A stretch of DNA of 64,000 nt from Propioniciclava sp. (GCF_029977985.1 NZ_JARKOT010000015.1:9056-73055); one strand, 5' to 3'; positions 9,969 to 20,341 are shown, counted from the first letter of the stretch. Program-made: numbers and translations. Notes: generated from the sequence alone by a model not told the origin.

Positions 9969-11984
9969 ATGACCGCCCCGCACGCGACCACCGAGGCCAT
10001 CCTCGCTGCGTCCGTGGCGCGCATCGGCGGAGCGACGCGCGAGGGTCAACACCGCATGGCCCGAGCCGTCGCGAGCGCCCTCGCCGACGGCGAGCACCTG
10101 CTCATCCAGGCGGGGACGGGCACGGGCAAGTCGCTCGGTTACCTCGCACCGGCGCTCGCACACCTGCACGCGCACCCCAGTGAGCGCATCGTCATCGCCA
10201 CGGCCACGCTTGCCCTGCAGGCCCAGCTCGCCCACGCCGACATCCCGGCGGCCGTGGCGTCCGCGGAGCAGGTGACGGGGGAGCGCATCACGCACGCCGT
10301 CCTCAAGGGTCGCACCAACTACGCGTGCCTCCACCGTGTCATCGAGGGCGTGGGGGAGGAGGCGCAGGCCAGCCTGCTCAGCGGCGCGGAGACGGCCGAC
10401 AGCCTGCGGGCGGCCCCGCGCGCCGACGCCGCGTCCGTCCTCGGCGCGGAGGTGCTTGCCCTGCGCGAGTGGGCGCGCGATCAACTGGACGTCGAGGGTG
10501 CCGGCGACCGCGACGACGCCCCCAGCCACACGGCGGCCGCGTGGGCCCAGGTGTCGGTGCCGGTGCGCGAATGCCTGGGCGCGGCCAACTGCCCGTTCGG
10601 CGACGTCTGTTTCGTCGAGAAGTCGCGGGAGGTCGCGCGCGGCAGCCAGCTCGTCGTCACCAACCACGCCCTGCTCGCCATCGACGCCATGCACGGCCAC
10701 ACGGCCCTGCCCGAGCACGACCGCCTCATCATCGACGAGGCGCACGAGCTGGTCGCCCGGGTGACCGGGGCGGCCTCGCACGAGCTCAGCCCCCAGCAGG
10801 TCGAGCGGGTTGCGCGTCGGTGCCTCGCCCACCTCGATGACGACCTCGCCGTCGAGTTCCTCGACCTCGCCGACCAGTTGCAGGGCGCCCTCGACGCCGC
10901 CGAGCCCGAGCGCATCACCGACCCGGACGCCTCCGTGTTCGCCGTCCTTGCACGCCTGCGCGAGGTGAGCCGCAGCGTCGCCGGCACCCTCGCCAAGGCA
11001 GAAGACCCCGACGTGAAGCAGGCGGGCGCGGCGGCCAAGGAGATCCTCGACGTGGCCGAGGCGATGGCTGCGCTGCGGCCGACCGACGTGCTGTGGGTCA
11101 GCGAGCGCGAGCGGGCCGGGCGGTGGCTCGTGGTCGCGCCCCTCGATGTGGCCCCGCTGCTCCGCGACCGGGTCCTCACCGGCACCCCCACCGTCCTCAC
11201 GTCGGCGACGCTCAAGCTGGGCGGCGAGTTCGAGGGCGTCGCCCGCACGGTGGGCCTGTGGGCCACCGAACGGGTGCCCGATGGCGGCGAGGCGCCCGAC
11301 GAGCCGACCGGCCTGCCCTGGCGCGCCCTCGATGTGGGCTCGCCCTTCGACTACGCCCGTCAAGGAATCTGCTACATCGCCCGGCATCTGCCCAACCCGT
11401 CGCGCGACGGGATCGGCCCCGAAGCCCTCGCCGAGATCGCCGAGCTCGTGTGGGCGGCCGGCGGCCGGACGCTCGGCCTGTTCGCCTCCCAGCGCAACGC
11501 CGAGGCGGCCGCCCGCCACTGCCGCGCCGAGCTGCCGAAGCAGACGATCCTCTGCCAGGGAGACGCGCAGCTCTCCGAGCTGACGCGGCGTTTCATCGCC
11601 GAGCCGCAGACGAGCCTGTTCGGCACGCTGAGCCTGTGGCAGGGCGTGGACGTGCCGGGGGAGACCTGCCAGCTCGTCATCATCGACAAGATCCCGTTCC
11701 CGCGCCCCGACGAGCCCCTCATGCGCGCCCGTCAGCAGGCGGCGCAGGAGGCGGGCGGTAACGGCTTCATGGCCGTCGCCGCCCAGCACGCCGCGTTGTT
11801 GCTGGCCCAGGGCAGCGGACGCCTCATCCGCCGCACCACCGACAAGGGGGTGGTGGCCATCCTCGACCCGCGGCTCCGCACGGCGCGCTACGGCAGCTTC
11901 CTGCGCGCCTCCATGCCCGGTTTCTGGCAGACGACCGACCGCGAGGTCGCCATCGCCGCGCTCCGCCGGCTGGCGGCCGACTGA
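9969..11984 (+). CDS. dinG: DinG/YoaA-family Fe-S ATP-dependent DNA helicase
   Basis: QAGTGTGKS, NYAC...ECLGAANCPFGDVC, DEAH, GVDVPG, QGSGRLIR. Confidence 0.88.
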   Translation: MTAPHATTEAILAASVARIGGATREGQHRMARAVASALADGEHLLIQAGTGTGKSLGYLAPALAHLHAHPSERIVIATATLALQAQLAHADIPAAVASAEQVTGERITHAVLKGRTNYACLHRVIEGVGEEAQASLLSGAETADSLRAAPRADAASVLGAEVLALREWARDQLDVEGAGDRDDAPSHTAAAWAQVSVPVRECLGAANCPFGDVCFVEKSREVARGSQLVVTNHALLAIDAMHGHTALPEHDRLIIDEAHELVARVTGAASHELSPQQVERVARRCLAHLDDDLAVEFLDLADQLQGALDAAEPERITDPDASVFAVLARLREVSRSVAGTLAKAEDPDVKQAGAAAKEILDVAEAMAALRPTDVLWVSERERAGRWLVVAPLDVAPLLRDRVLTGTPTVLTSATLKLGGEFEGVARTVGLWATERVPDGGEAPDEPTGLPWRALDVGSPFDYARQGICYIARHLPNPSRDGIGPEALAEIAELVWAAGGRTLGLFASQRNAEAAARHCRAELPKQTILCQGDAQLSELTRRFIAEPQTSLFGTLSLWQGVDVPGETCQLVIIDKIPFPRPDEPLMRARQQAAQEAGGNGFMAVAAQHAALLLAQGSGRLIRRTTDKGVVAILDPRLRTARYGSFLRASMPGFWQTTDREVAIAALRRLAAD

Positions 11985-11987
11985 GGC

Positions 11988-14465
11988 TCACTCGCCCAGG
12001 GCGAGCGCCGCGGCGGGGGGCACGCGGGAGGCCCGCTGGGAGGGCACGATGGACGCCGCCCAGCCGGCCAGCAGCGCCACGCCCGCGACGGCAGCGAGGC
12101 GCAGGCCCGGCCAGACCCACACGAGGCCGGCGTCCTGGCCGAGGAGGACCATCACGCCCGCATAGCCGTAGACCGTGCCGAGCGCGATCCCCGTCACGAC
12201 GGCGACCAGCGCCAGCACCACGGCCTCCCAGCCGATCGAGGCCCGCAGCTGCCGCCGGGTGAGACCCATCGCCCTCAGGAGCCCGGACTCCTGCCGGCGT
12301 TCCAGCACGGACAGGCCGAGCGTGTTGCCGATCCCGACGAGGGCGATCGCCACCGCCACCCCGAGAAGAGCGAGCACCACGGCCAGGATGCCGTCGACCA
12401 TGCTGCTGATCTCCGCGCGCCCCGCGGAGCTCGACACGACGTCGACGGCGCCCCCGGCCGAGGCCGCGTCCGCGACCTGCTCGGGCGCCGCCACGGGGTC
12501 GACGCCGTCGACGAGCCGGACGCCGAGGGAGCGGCGGGCGTCCGGGTCGAGGGCGTGCGCGGTGGGCGCGGTCACGACCGCGGCCATCGCCCCGGGGGTC
12601 ACCCGCACCGTGAGGTCGAGGGCGCGGTCGCCGACGATGAGCCGCACGGAGTCTCCGTCGGCGAACCCGTACGAGCCGTCGAGCAGCACGCGGCTGTCGT
12701 CCAGCCCGTCGATCAGGTCGGGCACGCGGAGGGTAGCGGCGGCGTCCGGTTCCATCCCGAGCACCGCCAGGCTCGCGACGCTGCCGGTGGGGGCGTCCAG
12801 CGTCGCGTCGACCCACCAACGCGTCGTGGACGCCGCCACCGCCGGGTGGGCGGCGATGAGGGCGGCCTGGGCGTCGCTGAGACGGCTGCTCCCGGCACCG
12901 AAGTACTCGGCGTCGATGGGGTACTGCCGGTCGAGCTCAGTCAGGATCGAGGCCTGGCCGACGGCGGCACCGACCGTCATCATGGTGACCAGCGTGACGC
13001 CCACGAGCAAGGCGCCGCCGGTGGCCGCCGCCCGGGAGGGGTTGCGGACGGCGTTGTCGACCGCGAGCGCGCCGGGCACGCCGCCCACGCGGGCGAGGGG
13101 GCGTCCCAACGCCCGGCCGAGGCCCGGCACGAGCACCCGGCCCAGCGCGAGGAGGCCGACGAGACTCGCGAGCCCACCGGTCATGCCGACGAGCAGCGCG
13201 GCGGTGGAGGAGGCGCCGACCAGCGCGAGGGCGACGCCACCGGCCAGCAGCGCGAACCCGCCCAGGGTGAGCGTCAGGCCGAGGACCGGCACGCGCCGCG
13301 GCCCGGACTCCGACACCGGCGCCGGCGGCCGCAGGGCGGCGAGGGGAGGCACGCGGGTGGCCGCGCGGGCGGGCACCACCGCCGCCAGCAGGGTGACAGC
13401 CACCCCCGCGACCAGGGGCAGGGCGAGGTCGCGCGGTGTGATGCCGAACTCGGTCAGCCCGAAGGTGGTGGCCGCCGCGGCGAGACGGACGCCGACGGCG
13501 GCGATCCCGATCCCGAGGGCGACGCCCCCGAGGGAAGCGACGAGGCCGAGCACCGCCGCCTCGGCGAGGACCGTGCGCAGCACCTGGCCCCGCGTGGCGC
13601 CGACGGTGCGCAGGAGGGCGAGTTGCCGCGTCCGCTGGGCGGTGAGGATGGAGAACGTGTTGGTGATGACGAGGGCGGACACCATCAGGGCGACCGCCCC
13701 GAAGGCGAGCAGCAGGGCGGCCAGCTGGCGCGTACCGCGGGTGTAGTCCTCGAGCCGGACCGTGGTCTCCTCCTCGGCCGTGCGCACCAGCACCGGCTTG
13801 CCGGCGAGGGCGTCCGAGGCACGCAGGGTGGCGGCGAGCGCGGCGGGGTCGGCGCCGCCGCTGACATACAGGTCGGTGTACCCGGCGTAGCCGGTGTAGG
13901 CGGCCAGGTCGGCGTCGGCGGCGAACAGCAGCGGCAACGAGGAGATGCTCGTCACGTCGGGGCCCACCGCGAGCACGCCCACGATGATCGCGCTGAGGGC
14001 ACCCTCCGGCGCGTCCACGGTGAGCGTGTCGCCCACGCCGAGCCGGTGGGTGGCCTCGAAGGCATCGTTGACGGCGACCTCGCCCGGGGCCTGTGGGAGT
14101 CGCCCGGCAAGGACGCGCGTGTCGGCGTCCGGGACGCTCAGCCCGTAGGCGGGCGCATGCCGGCGACCGAGGTCGAGCGTGACGTACCCCTGGCTGGCCG
14201 CGCGGACGCCGGTGACGCCCGGCGTGGCGCGGAGCGCGGCGACCGTGTCCGCCACCAGCGGCGGCTCGGCCGGCTCGGCGCCGGCCGTGGTGTCGGGGGA
14301 GATCACGACCGCGGCGTCCCGGAGGGAACCGGCGACGGCGCGCCGGACGGAGGCGTCTAGCGAGCTCGTGGCCAGCAGCGTCGTGGTGACGAAGGCGACC
14401 CCGAGCACGATGGCGAGGGCGGAGGAGGCGAGCCGCCGCGGCGTGGAGAGCAACATGCAGATCAC
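11988..14465 (-). CDS. FtsX/MacB-like ABC exporter permease
   Basis: Two FtsX repeats (QRTRQLALLRTVGAT; ERRQESGLLRAMG); multiple TM segments. Confidence 0.88.
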   Translation of the reverse strand: MICMLLSTPRRLASSALAIVLGVAFVTTTLLATSSLDASVRRAVAGSLRDAAVVISPDTTAGAEPAEPPLVADTVAALRATPGVTGVRAASQGYVTLDLGRRHAPAYGLSVPDADTRVLAGRLPQAPGEVAVNDAFEATHRLGVGDTLTVDAPEGALSAIIVGVLAVGPDVTSISSLPLLFAADADLAAYTGYAGYTDLYVSGGADPAALAATLRASDALAGKPVLVRTAEEETTVRLEDYTRGTRQLAALLLAFGAVALMVSALVITNTFSILTAQRTRQLALLRTVGATRGQVLRTVLAEAAVLGLVASLGGVALGIGIAAVGVRLAAAATTFGLTEFGITPRDLALPLVAGVAVTLLAAVVPARAATRVPPLAALRPPAPVSESGPRRVPVLGLTLTLGGFALLAGGVALALVGASSTAALLVGMTGGLASLVGLLALGRVLVPGLGRALGRPLARVGGVPGALAVDNAVRNPSRAAATGGALLVGVTLVTMMTVGAAVGQASILTELDRQYPIDAEYFGAGSSRLSDAQAALIAAHPAVAASTTRWWVDATLDAPTGSVASLAVLGMEPDAAATLRVPDLIDGLDDSRVLLDGSYGFADGDSVRLIVGDRALDLTVRVTPGAMAAVVTAPTAHALDPDARRSLGVRLVDGVDPVAAPEQVADAASAGGAVDVVSSSAGRAEISSMVDGILAVVLALLGVAVAIALVGIGNTLGLSVLERRQESGLLRAMGLTRRQLRASIGWEAVVLALVAVVTGIALGTVYGYAGVMVLLGQDAGLVWVWPGLRLAAVAGVALLAGWAASIVPSQRASRVPPAAALALGE

Positions 14466-15160
14466 CGCCGCTCGTCGGCCACGACGCGGCCGTCAGCGAG
14501 ACGCACGACCCGGTCAGCCCAGCGGGCGGCGTCGGGGTCGTGGGTGACCATCACGATGCTCTGGCCCAGATCGTCGACGCTGCGGCGCAGGAAGCCGAGC
14601 AACTGGTCGGACGCGGCGGAGTCGAGCGCGCCCGTGGGCTCGTCGGCGAAGATGACGCGCGGGCGGGTGATAACGGCACGGGCGGCGGCGACGCGCTGCT
14701 GCTGGCCCCCGGAGAGCTCGCCCGGGCGGTGGCCGAGCCGGTCGGTGAGGCCGAGCGTGTCGACGACGTGATCGAACCAGTCCCGGTCGACGCGCCGCCC
14801 GGCGAGCTTGAGCGGCAGGCAGATGTTGGCCCGCGCGTCGAGGGTGGGCAGCAGGTTGAACGACTGGAAGATGAAGCCGACCCGGTCGCGGCGCAGCAGG
14901 GTCAGGGCGCGGTCGTCGAGGGCGGTGATCTCGGTCTCGCCGATCCAGGAGCGGCCGGCGGTGGCGGCGTCCAACCCGGCGGTGAGGTGCATCAGCGTGG
15001 ACTTGCCGGAGCCCGACGGGCCCATGACGGCGGTGAGCTCGCGCTCGCCGAAGGCGACGGTCACGCCGTCGAGGGCACGGACGAGGGCCTCACCCGACCC
15101 GTAGGACTTGGTGAGGCCCTCGGTGCGGACGACTCCGGCGGTGGCGACGGTGGTGGACAT
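14462..15160 (-). CDS. ABC exporter ATP-binding protein (LolD/MacB-like)
   Basis: [26 protein letters not shown]; RBS GAGGAG before ATG 15160. Confidence 0.92.
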   Translation of the reverse strand: MSTTVATAGVVRTEGLTKSYGSGEALVRALDGVTVAFGERELTAVMGPSGSGKSTLMHLTAGLDAATAGRSWIGETEITALDDRALTLLRRDRVGFIFQSFNLLPTLDARANICLPLKLAGRRVDRDWFDHVVDTLGLTDRLGHRPGELSGGQQQRVAAARAVITRPRVIFADEPTGALDSAASDQLLGFLRRSVDDLGQSIVMVTHDPDAARWADRVVRLADGRVVADERR

Positions 15161-15287
15161 CGGGCTCCTCAGTGCTGCGTTCGGGGACTTCTCGAACGTA
15201 ACGAGAGGGGCACCGCGTGCGGATCGCTTCACAGGCCCGCTGCGTCCTGCGCCCGCGGACGCAACCGTCCGCCCGCGGGCTGAGGCG

Positions 15288-16088
15288 TCAGACCCTCCTC
15301 AGGACGGCGGTGACCTTGCCGAGGATGATCGCCTCGTTGCCGTCGATGGGGGAGTAGGCCTCGTTGTGCGGCATCAGCCACACCTGGCCCGGGGTGCGAT
15401 TGAACGTCTTGACCGTGGCCTCGCCGTCGATCAGCGCGGCGACGATGTCGCCGTTGTTCGCGTCGGGCTGCTGGCGCACGACCACGTAGTCGCCCTCGCA
15501 GATAGCGGCGTCGATCATCGAGTCTCCCCTCACCTGCAGGAGGAAGAGCGTGCCCTCGCCCACGAGATCGCGGGGCAGGGGCAGCACCTCCTCGATGCGC
15601 TGTTCGGCGAGGATGGGTCCGCCGGCTGCGATGCGACCCACGAGCGGCACGTGCACGGCGGGGGACGTGTGCACGTCGGGATCGAGTCCCTCCAGCCCCG
15701 CCGTCGCGGACGCCGCGAACTCCTGCTCCTCCTCGCCCGGCATGCGCACCATGAGCGCGCGCGGGCGCTTCGGGTCGCGCACGATGAAGCCCTTGGTCTC
15801 CAGCACCTTCAGCTGGTGCGTGACCGATGAGGGGGACGCCAGCCCCACGGCCTCGCCCATCTCGCGGATGGTCGGGGGGAAGCCACGCGCCTCGACGGCC
15901 TCGCGGATCGTGTGCAGGATGAGGCGCTGTCGGAGCGTCAGCCCGTGCTCGTCGGCCGGACCATCGGGCAGCGGGCGGATCTTGCTGATCTCGGCCAGAT
16001 CGGCCTCCGTGGGGCGGCCGCGATGGGTCTGCTTGGGAATCTCCTTGCGCGGGCGTCCGCGACCGGACGGTTTCTGCGTTGTCGCCAT
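15288..16088 (-). CDS. lexA: SOS repressor LexA
   Basis: [17 protein letters not shown] cleavage site, GDSM and ATVK catalytic dyad; leaderless (TTGAAT-N17-TACGGT-N6-ATG). Confidence 0.97.
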   Translation of the reverse strand: MATTQKPSGRGRPRKEIPKQTHRGRPTEADLAEISKIRPLPDGPADEHGLTLRQRLILHTIREAVEARGFPPTIREMGEAVGLASPSSVTHQLKVLETKGFIVRDPKRPRALMVRMPGEEEQEFAASATAGLEGLDPDVHTSPAVHVPLVGRIAAGGPILAEQRIEEVLPLPRDLVGEGTLFLLQVRGDSMIDAAICEGDYVVVRQQPDANNGDIVAALIDGEATVKTFNRTPGQVWLMPHNEAYSPIDGNEAIILGKVTAVLRRV

Positions 16089-16119
16089 GACATCACCGTA
16101 GCCTCGGTGCTCTGGTCAT

Positions 16120-16135
16120 TCAAACACCTGTTCGA
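16120..16135 (-). promoter_or_regulatory. LexA box overlapping the lexA -35 (autoregulation)
   Basis: TCGAAC-AGGT-GTTTGA on the minus strand. Confidence 0.85.
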
Positions 16136-16240
16136 GCGTGTCGCAGGCATGCTGCGGCACCCCTTGGCAGAAATGTCGGAGGCGGCTGGTGGAGTGTCCG
16201 TGTGGAACGCAGCACGACCGAACACGCGCCCGATCGATGC

Positions 16241-16288
16241 TTGAAAACGTATGCATGTTCGGTTCATACTGATCGAACAGGCGTTCGA
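16241..16288 (+). promoter_or_regulatory. promoter plus perfect LexA box for the gene divergent from lexA
   Basis: TTGAAA-N18-CATACT, then TCGAAC-AGGC-GTTCGA at 16273-16288. Confidence 0.82.
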
Positions 16289-16312
16289 ACGCCTACCTGG
16301 GAAGGAGTCATC

Positions 16313-16702
16313 ATGACCGCACAGCTTCTGGATCGTCCCCTCGCCCGCCTGGCGTCCGGCACCATCCCCACCCGGAGCGTGCCCGTCCGTCACGGCGAGC
16401 CGGTCGCGCCCGCCCGACGCCCCTCGCGGCAGCCCTCTGCCGCCGGCCGAGACCTCGGTCGGTCCGCGACCGTGCGCTCGTGCGGGGGCGTTGGGGCGGG
16501 TGCGGCATCGGTGCGCGCCGTGACCGGCGAGTCCCGGTTGTACTGGACGCGGCGAGGCTTCGCCGTCATGGTGAGCCTGGTCCTCCTCGTCGTCGCCGTC
16601 ATGCTGGCCACGGTGGTGGGCGCGTTCCTGTCAGTGAGCAATGAGCCTCTGGACGCCGCGGGCGCGGCCGCCGCGGTGGTGCCGGCGGTCCCCGCCGGGT
16701 AG
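16313..16702 (+). CDS. SOS-regulated single-pass membrane protein; probable cell-division inhibitor (ChiZ/DivS/YneA position) without LysM
   Basis: RBS AAGGAG; RLYWTRRG followed by one TM helix; lies between lexA and nrdR. Confidence 0.7.
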   Translation: MTAQLLDRPLARLASGTIPTRSVPVRHGEPVAPARRPSRQPSAAGRDLGRSATVRSCGGVGAGAASVRAVTGESRLYWTRRGFAVMVSLVLLVVAVMLATVVGAFLSVSNEPLDAAGAAAAVVPAVPAG

Positions 16703-16729
16703 CGGGCTTGCCGCGCCGCGCGCAGGGGC

Positions 16730-16803
16730 TTGCATTGGGGGACGCCGCCTCCTAACCTCTACATGTAGTAGTTACACCGTTGTGTTTCGTCCACAGGTTG
16801 TGG
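16730..16803 (+). promoter_or_regulatory. nrdR-nrdJ promoter with tandem NrdR boxes
   Basis: TTGCAT-N17-TAACCT; box cores CTACATGTAG (16759-68) and CCACAGGTTG (16791-800), 32 bp apart. Confidence 0.8.
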
Positions 16804-16900
16804 TTGTCGCACACAGGGTGTACACCGCGGTTCCACAACGTCGTCCACAGCGGTGACGGTGGGACACAGAGGATGAGGGCCACAGGAGAGGGGGAGCACG

Positions 16901-17404
16901 ATGCACTGCCCGTACTGCCGGTACACCGACTCCCGAGTCCTCGATTCCCGCGTGGCCGAGGACGGCAGCTCGATCCGGCGTCGGCGCGAGTGCCGTTCCT
17001 GCAACCGCCGGTTCACGACGTTGGAGCAGATGCAACTCGTCGTCGTGAAACGCTCCGGCGTGGTCGAGCCGTTCTCCCGCGAGAAGGTCGTCAGCGGCGT
17101 CCGGAAGGCCTGCAAGGGTCGCCCGGTCACCGAGGCGCAGCTGGCCAAGCTGGGCCAGCGCGTCGAGGAGTCGCTGCGGGCCGGCGGCCAGGCCGAGATC
17201 CCGGCCGACGAGGTCGGGGTCGCGATCCTCGGTCCGCTGCGTGAGCTCGACGCCGTCGCCTACCTGCGGTTCGCGTCGGTGTACCAGCACTACCAGTCGG
17301 TCGACGACTTCGAGGCGGAGATCACCCGCCTGCGGGAGACCGTCGGCGAGCCGGTGCGGCGGGGGGCGTCCGTTCCGGAACCAACGCCCGAACAGCTGTT
17401 CTGA
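16901..17404 (+). CDS. nrdR: transcriptional repressor NrdR
   Basis: MHCPYC...SRVLDSR...IRRRREC..C..RFTT zinc ribbon, ATP cone, AYLRFASVY. Confidence 0.98.
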   Translation: MHCPYCRYTDSRVLDSRVAEDGSSIRRRRECRSCNRRFTTLEQMQLVVVKRSGVVEPFSREKVVSGVRKACKGRPVTEAQLAKLGQRVEESLRAGGQAEIPADEVGVAILGPLRELDAVAYLRFASVYQHYQSVDDFEAEITRLRETVGEPVRRGASVPEPTPEQLF

Positions 17405-17460
17405 ACCACCGTCGGCGCGCGGCACGCGCCACCACCACACCCAGGAGGAGAAGGGCAACC

Positions 17461-20319
17461 ATGACCGAGACCAAGACGGCGCCACGCAAGGCGTCTTCCA
17501 AGGCCAACCGCGGTCTCACGATCGAGCGCATCTACACCACCGAGGGCGTGCACCCGTACGACGAGGTGACGTGGGAGAAGCGCGACGTGGTCCAGACCAA
17601 CTGGAAGACCGGCGAGCACGTCTTCGAGCAACGCGGTGTGGAGTTCCCCGACTTCTGGAGCCTGAACGCCTCCACGATCGTGACCACCAAGTACTTCCGC
17701 GGGGCGCTCGGCACCCACGCGCGTGAGAAGTCGCTCAAGCAGCTCATCGACCGCGTCGTCGGCAAGTACCGCACCGCCGGCGAGGAGAACGGCTACTTCG
17801 CCACCACGCAGGACGCCGACATCTTCGGCGACGAGCTCGCCTGGATGCTCCTTCACCAGGTGTTCAGCTTCAACTCCCCGGTGTGGTTCAACGTGGGCAC
17901 GGCCAGCCCGCAGCAGGTGAGCGCGTGCTTCATCCTCAGCGTCGACGACTCGATGGAGTCGATCCTCAACTGGTACAAGGAGGAGGGCTTCATCTTCAAG
18001 GGCGGCTCCGGTGCCGGCCTCAACCTGTCGCGCATCCGGTCGAGCAAGGAGCTGCTGTCCTCCGGCGGCACCGCGTCCGGCCCGGTCTCCTTCATGCGGG
18101 GCGCGGACGCCTCGGCGGGCACCATCAAGTCGGGTGGCGCCACGCGCCGGGCCGCGAAGATGGTCGTGCTCGACGTCGACCACCCCGACATCGAGGAGTT
18201 CATCGACACGAAGGCGCGCGAGGAGGACAAGATCCGCGCCCTCCGCGACGCAGGCTTCGACATGGACCTCGGTGGTGCCGACATCGTCAGCGTCCAGTAC
18301 CAGAACGCGAACAACTCGGTGCGCGTCAACGACGAGTTCATGAAGGCCGTCGAGGACGGCACGGCGTTCGGGCTGCGCGCCCGCATGACCGGCGAGGTCA
18401 TCGAGGAGGTCGACGCCCGCGCGCTGTTCAACAAGATGGCCAAGGCCGCCTGGGAGTGCGCCGACCCGGGCATCCAGTACGACGACACGATCAACGCCTG
18501 GCACACGAACCCCGAGGCGGGCCGCATCACGGCGTCCAACCCGTGCTCGGAGTACATGAGCCTCGACAACAGCTCCTGCAACTTGGCGAGCCTCAACCTG
18601 CTCAAGTTCCTGCGCGACGACGACACCTTCGACACCGAGAAGTTCGTCCAGGCGTGCGAGCTGATCATCACCGCGATGGACATCTCGATCACCTTCGCCG
18701 ATTTCCCGACCGAGGCGATCACGCAGACCACGAAGGATTACCGCCAGCTCGGCATCGGCTACGCCAACCTGGGCGCCCTGTTGATGGCGATGGGCCGCGG
18801 CTACGACTCCGCGGGTGGCCGCAGCCTCGCCGCGGCGATCACGTCGCTCATGACCGCGGCGGCCTACCGCCGCTCGGCCGAGTTGGCCGCCGTGGTCGGC
18901 ACGTACGCCGGCTACCAGCGCAATGCGGCCGCGCACCAGAAGGTGATGCGGAAGCACCAGACCGCCAACGACGACCTGCGCATCGTCGAGGCCGCCGACC
19001 GCCCGGTCCACGCCGCGGCGACCGACGAGTGGGCCAAGGTTGTCGAGCTGGGCGCCAAGAACGGTTTCCGCAACGCGCAGGCGTCGCTGCTGGCCCCGAC
19101 CGGCACGATCGGCTTCATGATGGACTGCGACACGACGGGCATCGAGCCCGACTTCTCGCTGGTGAAGTTCAAAAAGCTCGTCGGCGGCGGGTCGATGCAG
19201 ATCGTCAACCAGACGATCACGCGCTCGCTCCGGAAGCTGGGCTACGCCGAGGAGACGATCGAGGCGATCGTCGCGCACATCTCCGAGCACGGTCACGTGG
19301 TGGGCGCGCCTGGCCTGAAGACCGAGCATTACGAGGTCTTCGACACGGCGATGGGCGAGCGCGCGATCCGGCCCATGGGTCACGTGCGCATGATGGCCGC
19401 CGTGCAGCCCTTCCTGTCGGGCGCGATCAGCAAGACGGTCAACCTGCCCGAGTCGGCGACCGTCGAGGACATCGCGCACGTCTACATGGAGGGCTGGAAG
19501 CTCGGTCTGAAGGCGCTGGCCGTCTACCGCGACAACTGCAAGGTCGGCCAGCCGCTGTCGGACGCCAAGAAGAAGACCGAGGTGAAGGAAGAGGCCAAGC
19601 CGCAGCCGGAGGTGCGGGTCGAGTACCGGCCGCGCCGCCAGCGTCTGCCCAAGCAGCGCCTCTCGCGCACCACGTCCTTCACGGTGGGCGGCGCCGAGGG
19701 GTACATGACCAGCTCGGAGTACGAGGACGGCCGCCTCGGCGAGCTGTTCCTCAAGCTCGGCAAGCAGGGCTCCACCTTGGCGGGTGTGATGGACGCCTTC
19801 TCGATCGCGATCTCGATCGCGCTCCAGTACGGCGTGCCGCTGGAGACCTACGTGCAGAAGTTCACGAACCTGAAGTTCGAGCCGGCCGGCATGACCGACG
19901 ACCCCGATCTGCGCATGGCTCAGTCGATCATCGACTACGTGTTCAAGCGCCTCGCGCTCGACTACCTGAGTTTCGACGAGCGCGCCGAGCTCGGCATCTA
20001 CACGGCGGTCGAGCGGGCGCGGTACGTGGAGACGGGCTCGTACCTGTCGGAGGAGGACGAGGCGCTTCTGATCGACTCCGAGTCGCTGAAGAACGACGCG
20101 GTTGACGACATGCGGTTCGACGAGTCCGGCCCGAACCAGCCGACCCTCGTCTCGGCCACGCCCGACCTGTCCGAGGCGCACACCACGGCAGAACTGATGG
20201 AGAAGGTCACCGGCCACGCCGTTGACGCGCCGCTGTGCTTCACGTGTGGCACGAAGATGCGGCCCTCGGGCAGCTGCTACGTCTGCGAGGGCTGCGGCTC
20301 GACCAGCGGCTGCAGCTGA
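17461..20319 (+). CDS. nrdJ: adenosylcobalamin-dependent class II ribonucleotide reductase
   Basis: FNSPVWFN, SACFI, SNPCSEY, APTGTI, SKTVN; C-terminal Cys-rich tail CFTC...CYVCEGC. Confidence 0.96.
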   Translation: MTETKTAPRKASSKANRGLTIERIYTTEGVHPYDEVTWEKRDVVQTNWKTGEHVFEQRGVEFPDFWSLNASTIVTTKYFRGALGTHAREKSLKQLIDRVVGKYRTAGEENGYFATTQDADIFGDELAWMLLHQVFSFNSPVWFNVGTASPQQVSACFILSVDDSMESILNWYKEEGFIFKGGSGAGLNLSRIRSSKELLSSGGTASGPVSFMRGADASAGTIKSGGATRRAAKMVVLDVDHPDIEEFIDTKAREEDKIRALRDAGFDMDLGGADIVSVQYQNANNSVRVNDEFMKAVEDGTAFGLRARMTGEVIEEVDARALFNKMAKAAWECADPGIQYDDTINAWHTNPEAGRITASNPCSEYMSLDNSSCNLASLNLLKFLRDDDTFDTEKFVQACELIITAMDISITFADFPTEAITQTTKDYRQLGIGYANLGALLMAMGRGYDSAGGRSLAAAITSLMTAAAYRRSAELAAVVGTYAGYQRNAAAHQKVMRKHQTANDDLRIVEAADRPVHAAATDEWAKVVELGAKNGFRNAQASLLAPTGTIGFMMDCDTTGIEPDFSLVKFKKLVGGGSMQIVNQTITRSLRKLGYAEETIEAIVAHISEHGHVVGAPGLKTEHYEVFDTAMGERAIRPMGHVRMMAAVQPFLSGAISKTVNLPESATVEDIAHVYMEGWKLGLKALAVYRDNCKVGQPLSDAKKKTEVKEEAKPQPEVRVEYRPRRQRLPKQRLSRTTSFTVGGAEGYMTSSEYEDGRLGELFLKLGKQGSTLAGVMDAFSIAISIALQYGVPLETYVQKFTNLKFEPAGMTDDPDLRMAQSIIDYVFKRLALDYLSFDERAELGIYTAVERARYVETGSYLSEEDEALLIDSESLKNDAVDDMRFDESGPNQPTLVSATPDLSEAHTTAELMEKVTGHAVDAPLCFTCGTKMRPSGSCYVCEGCGSTSGCS

Positions 20320-20341
20320 TCGTCCGCGACGGCACCCCGAC

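Noticed and set aside
17461-20319. Possible intein in nrdJ or recA, or a cobalamin riboswitch in the nrd leader
   Set aside because: Lengths are normal, no splicing motifs are visible, and the leader has no recognisable B12-box
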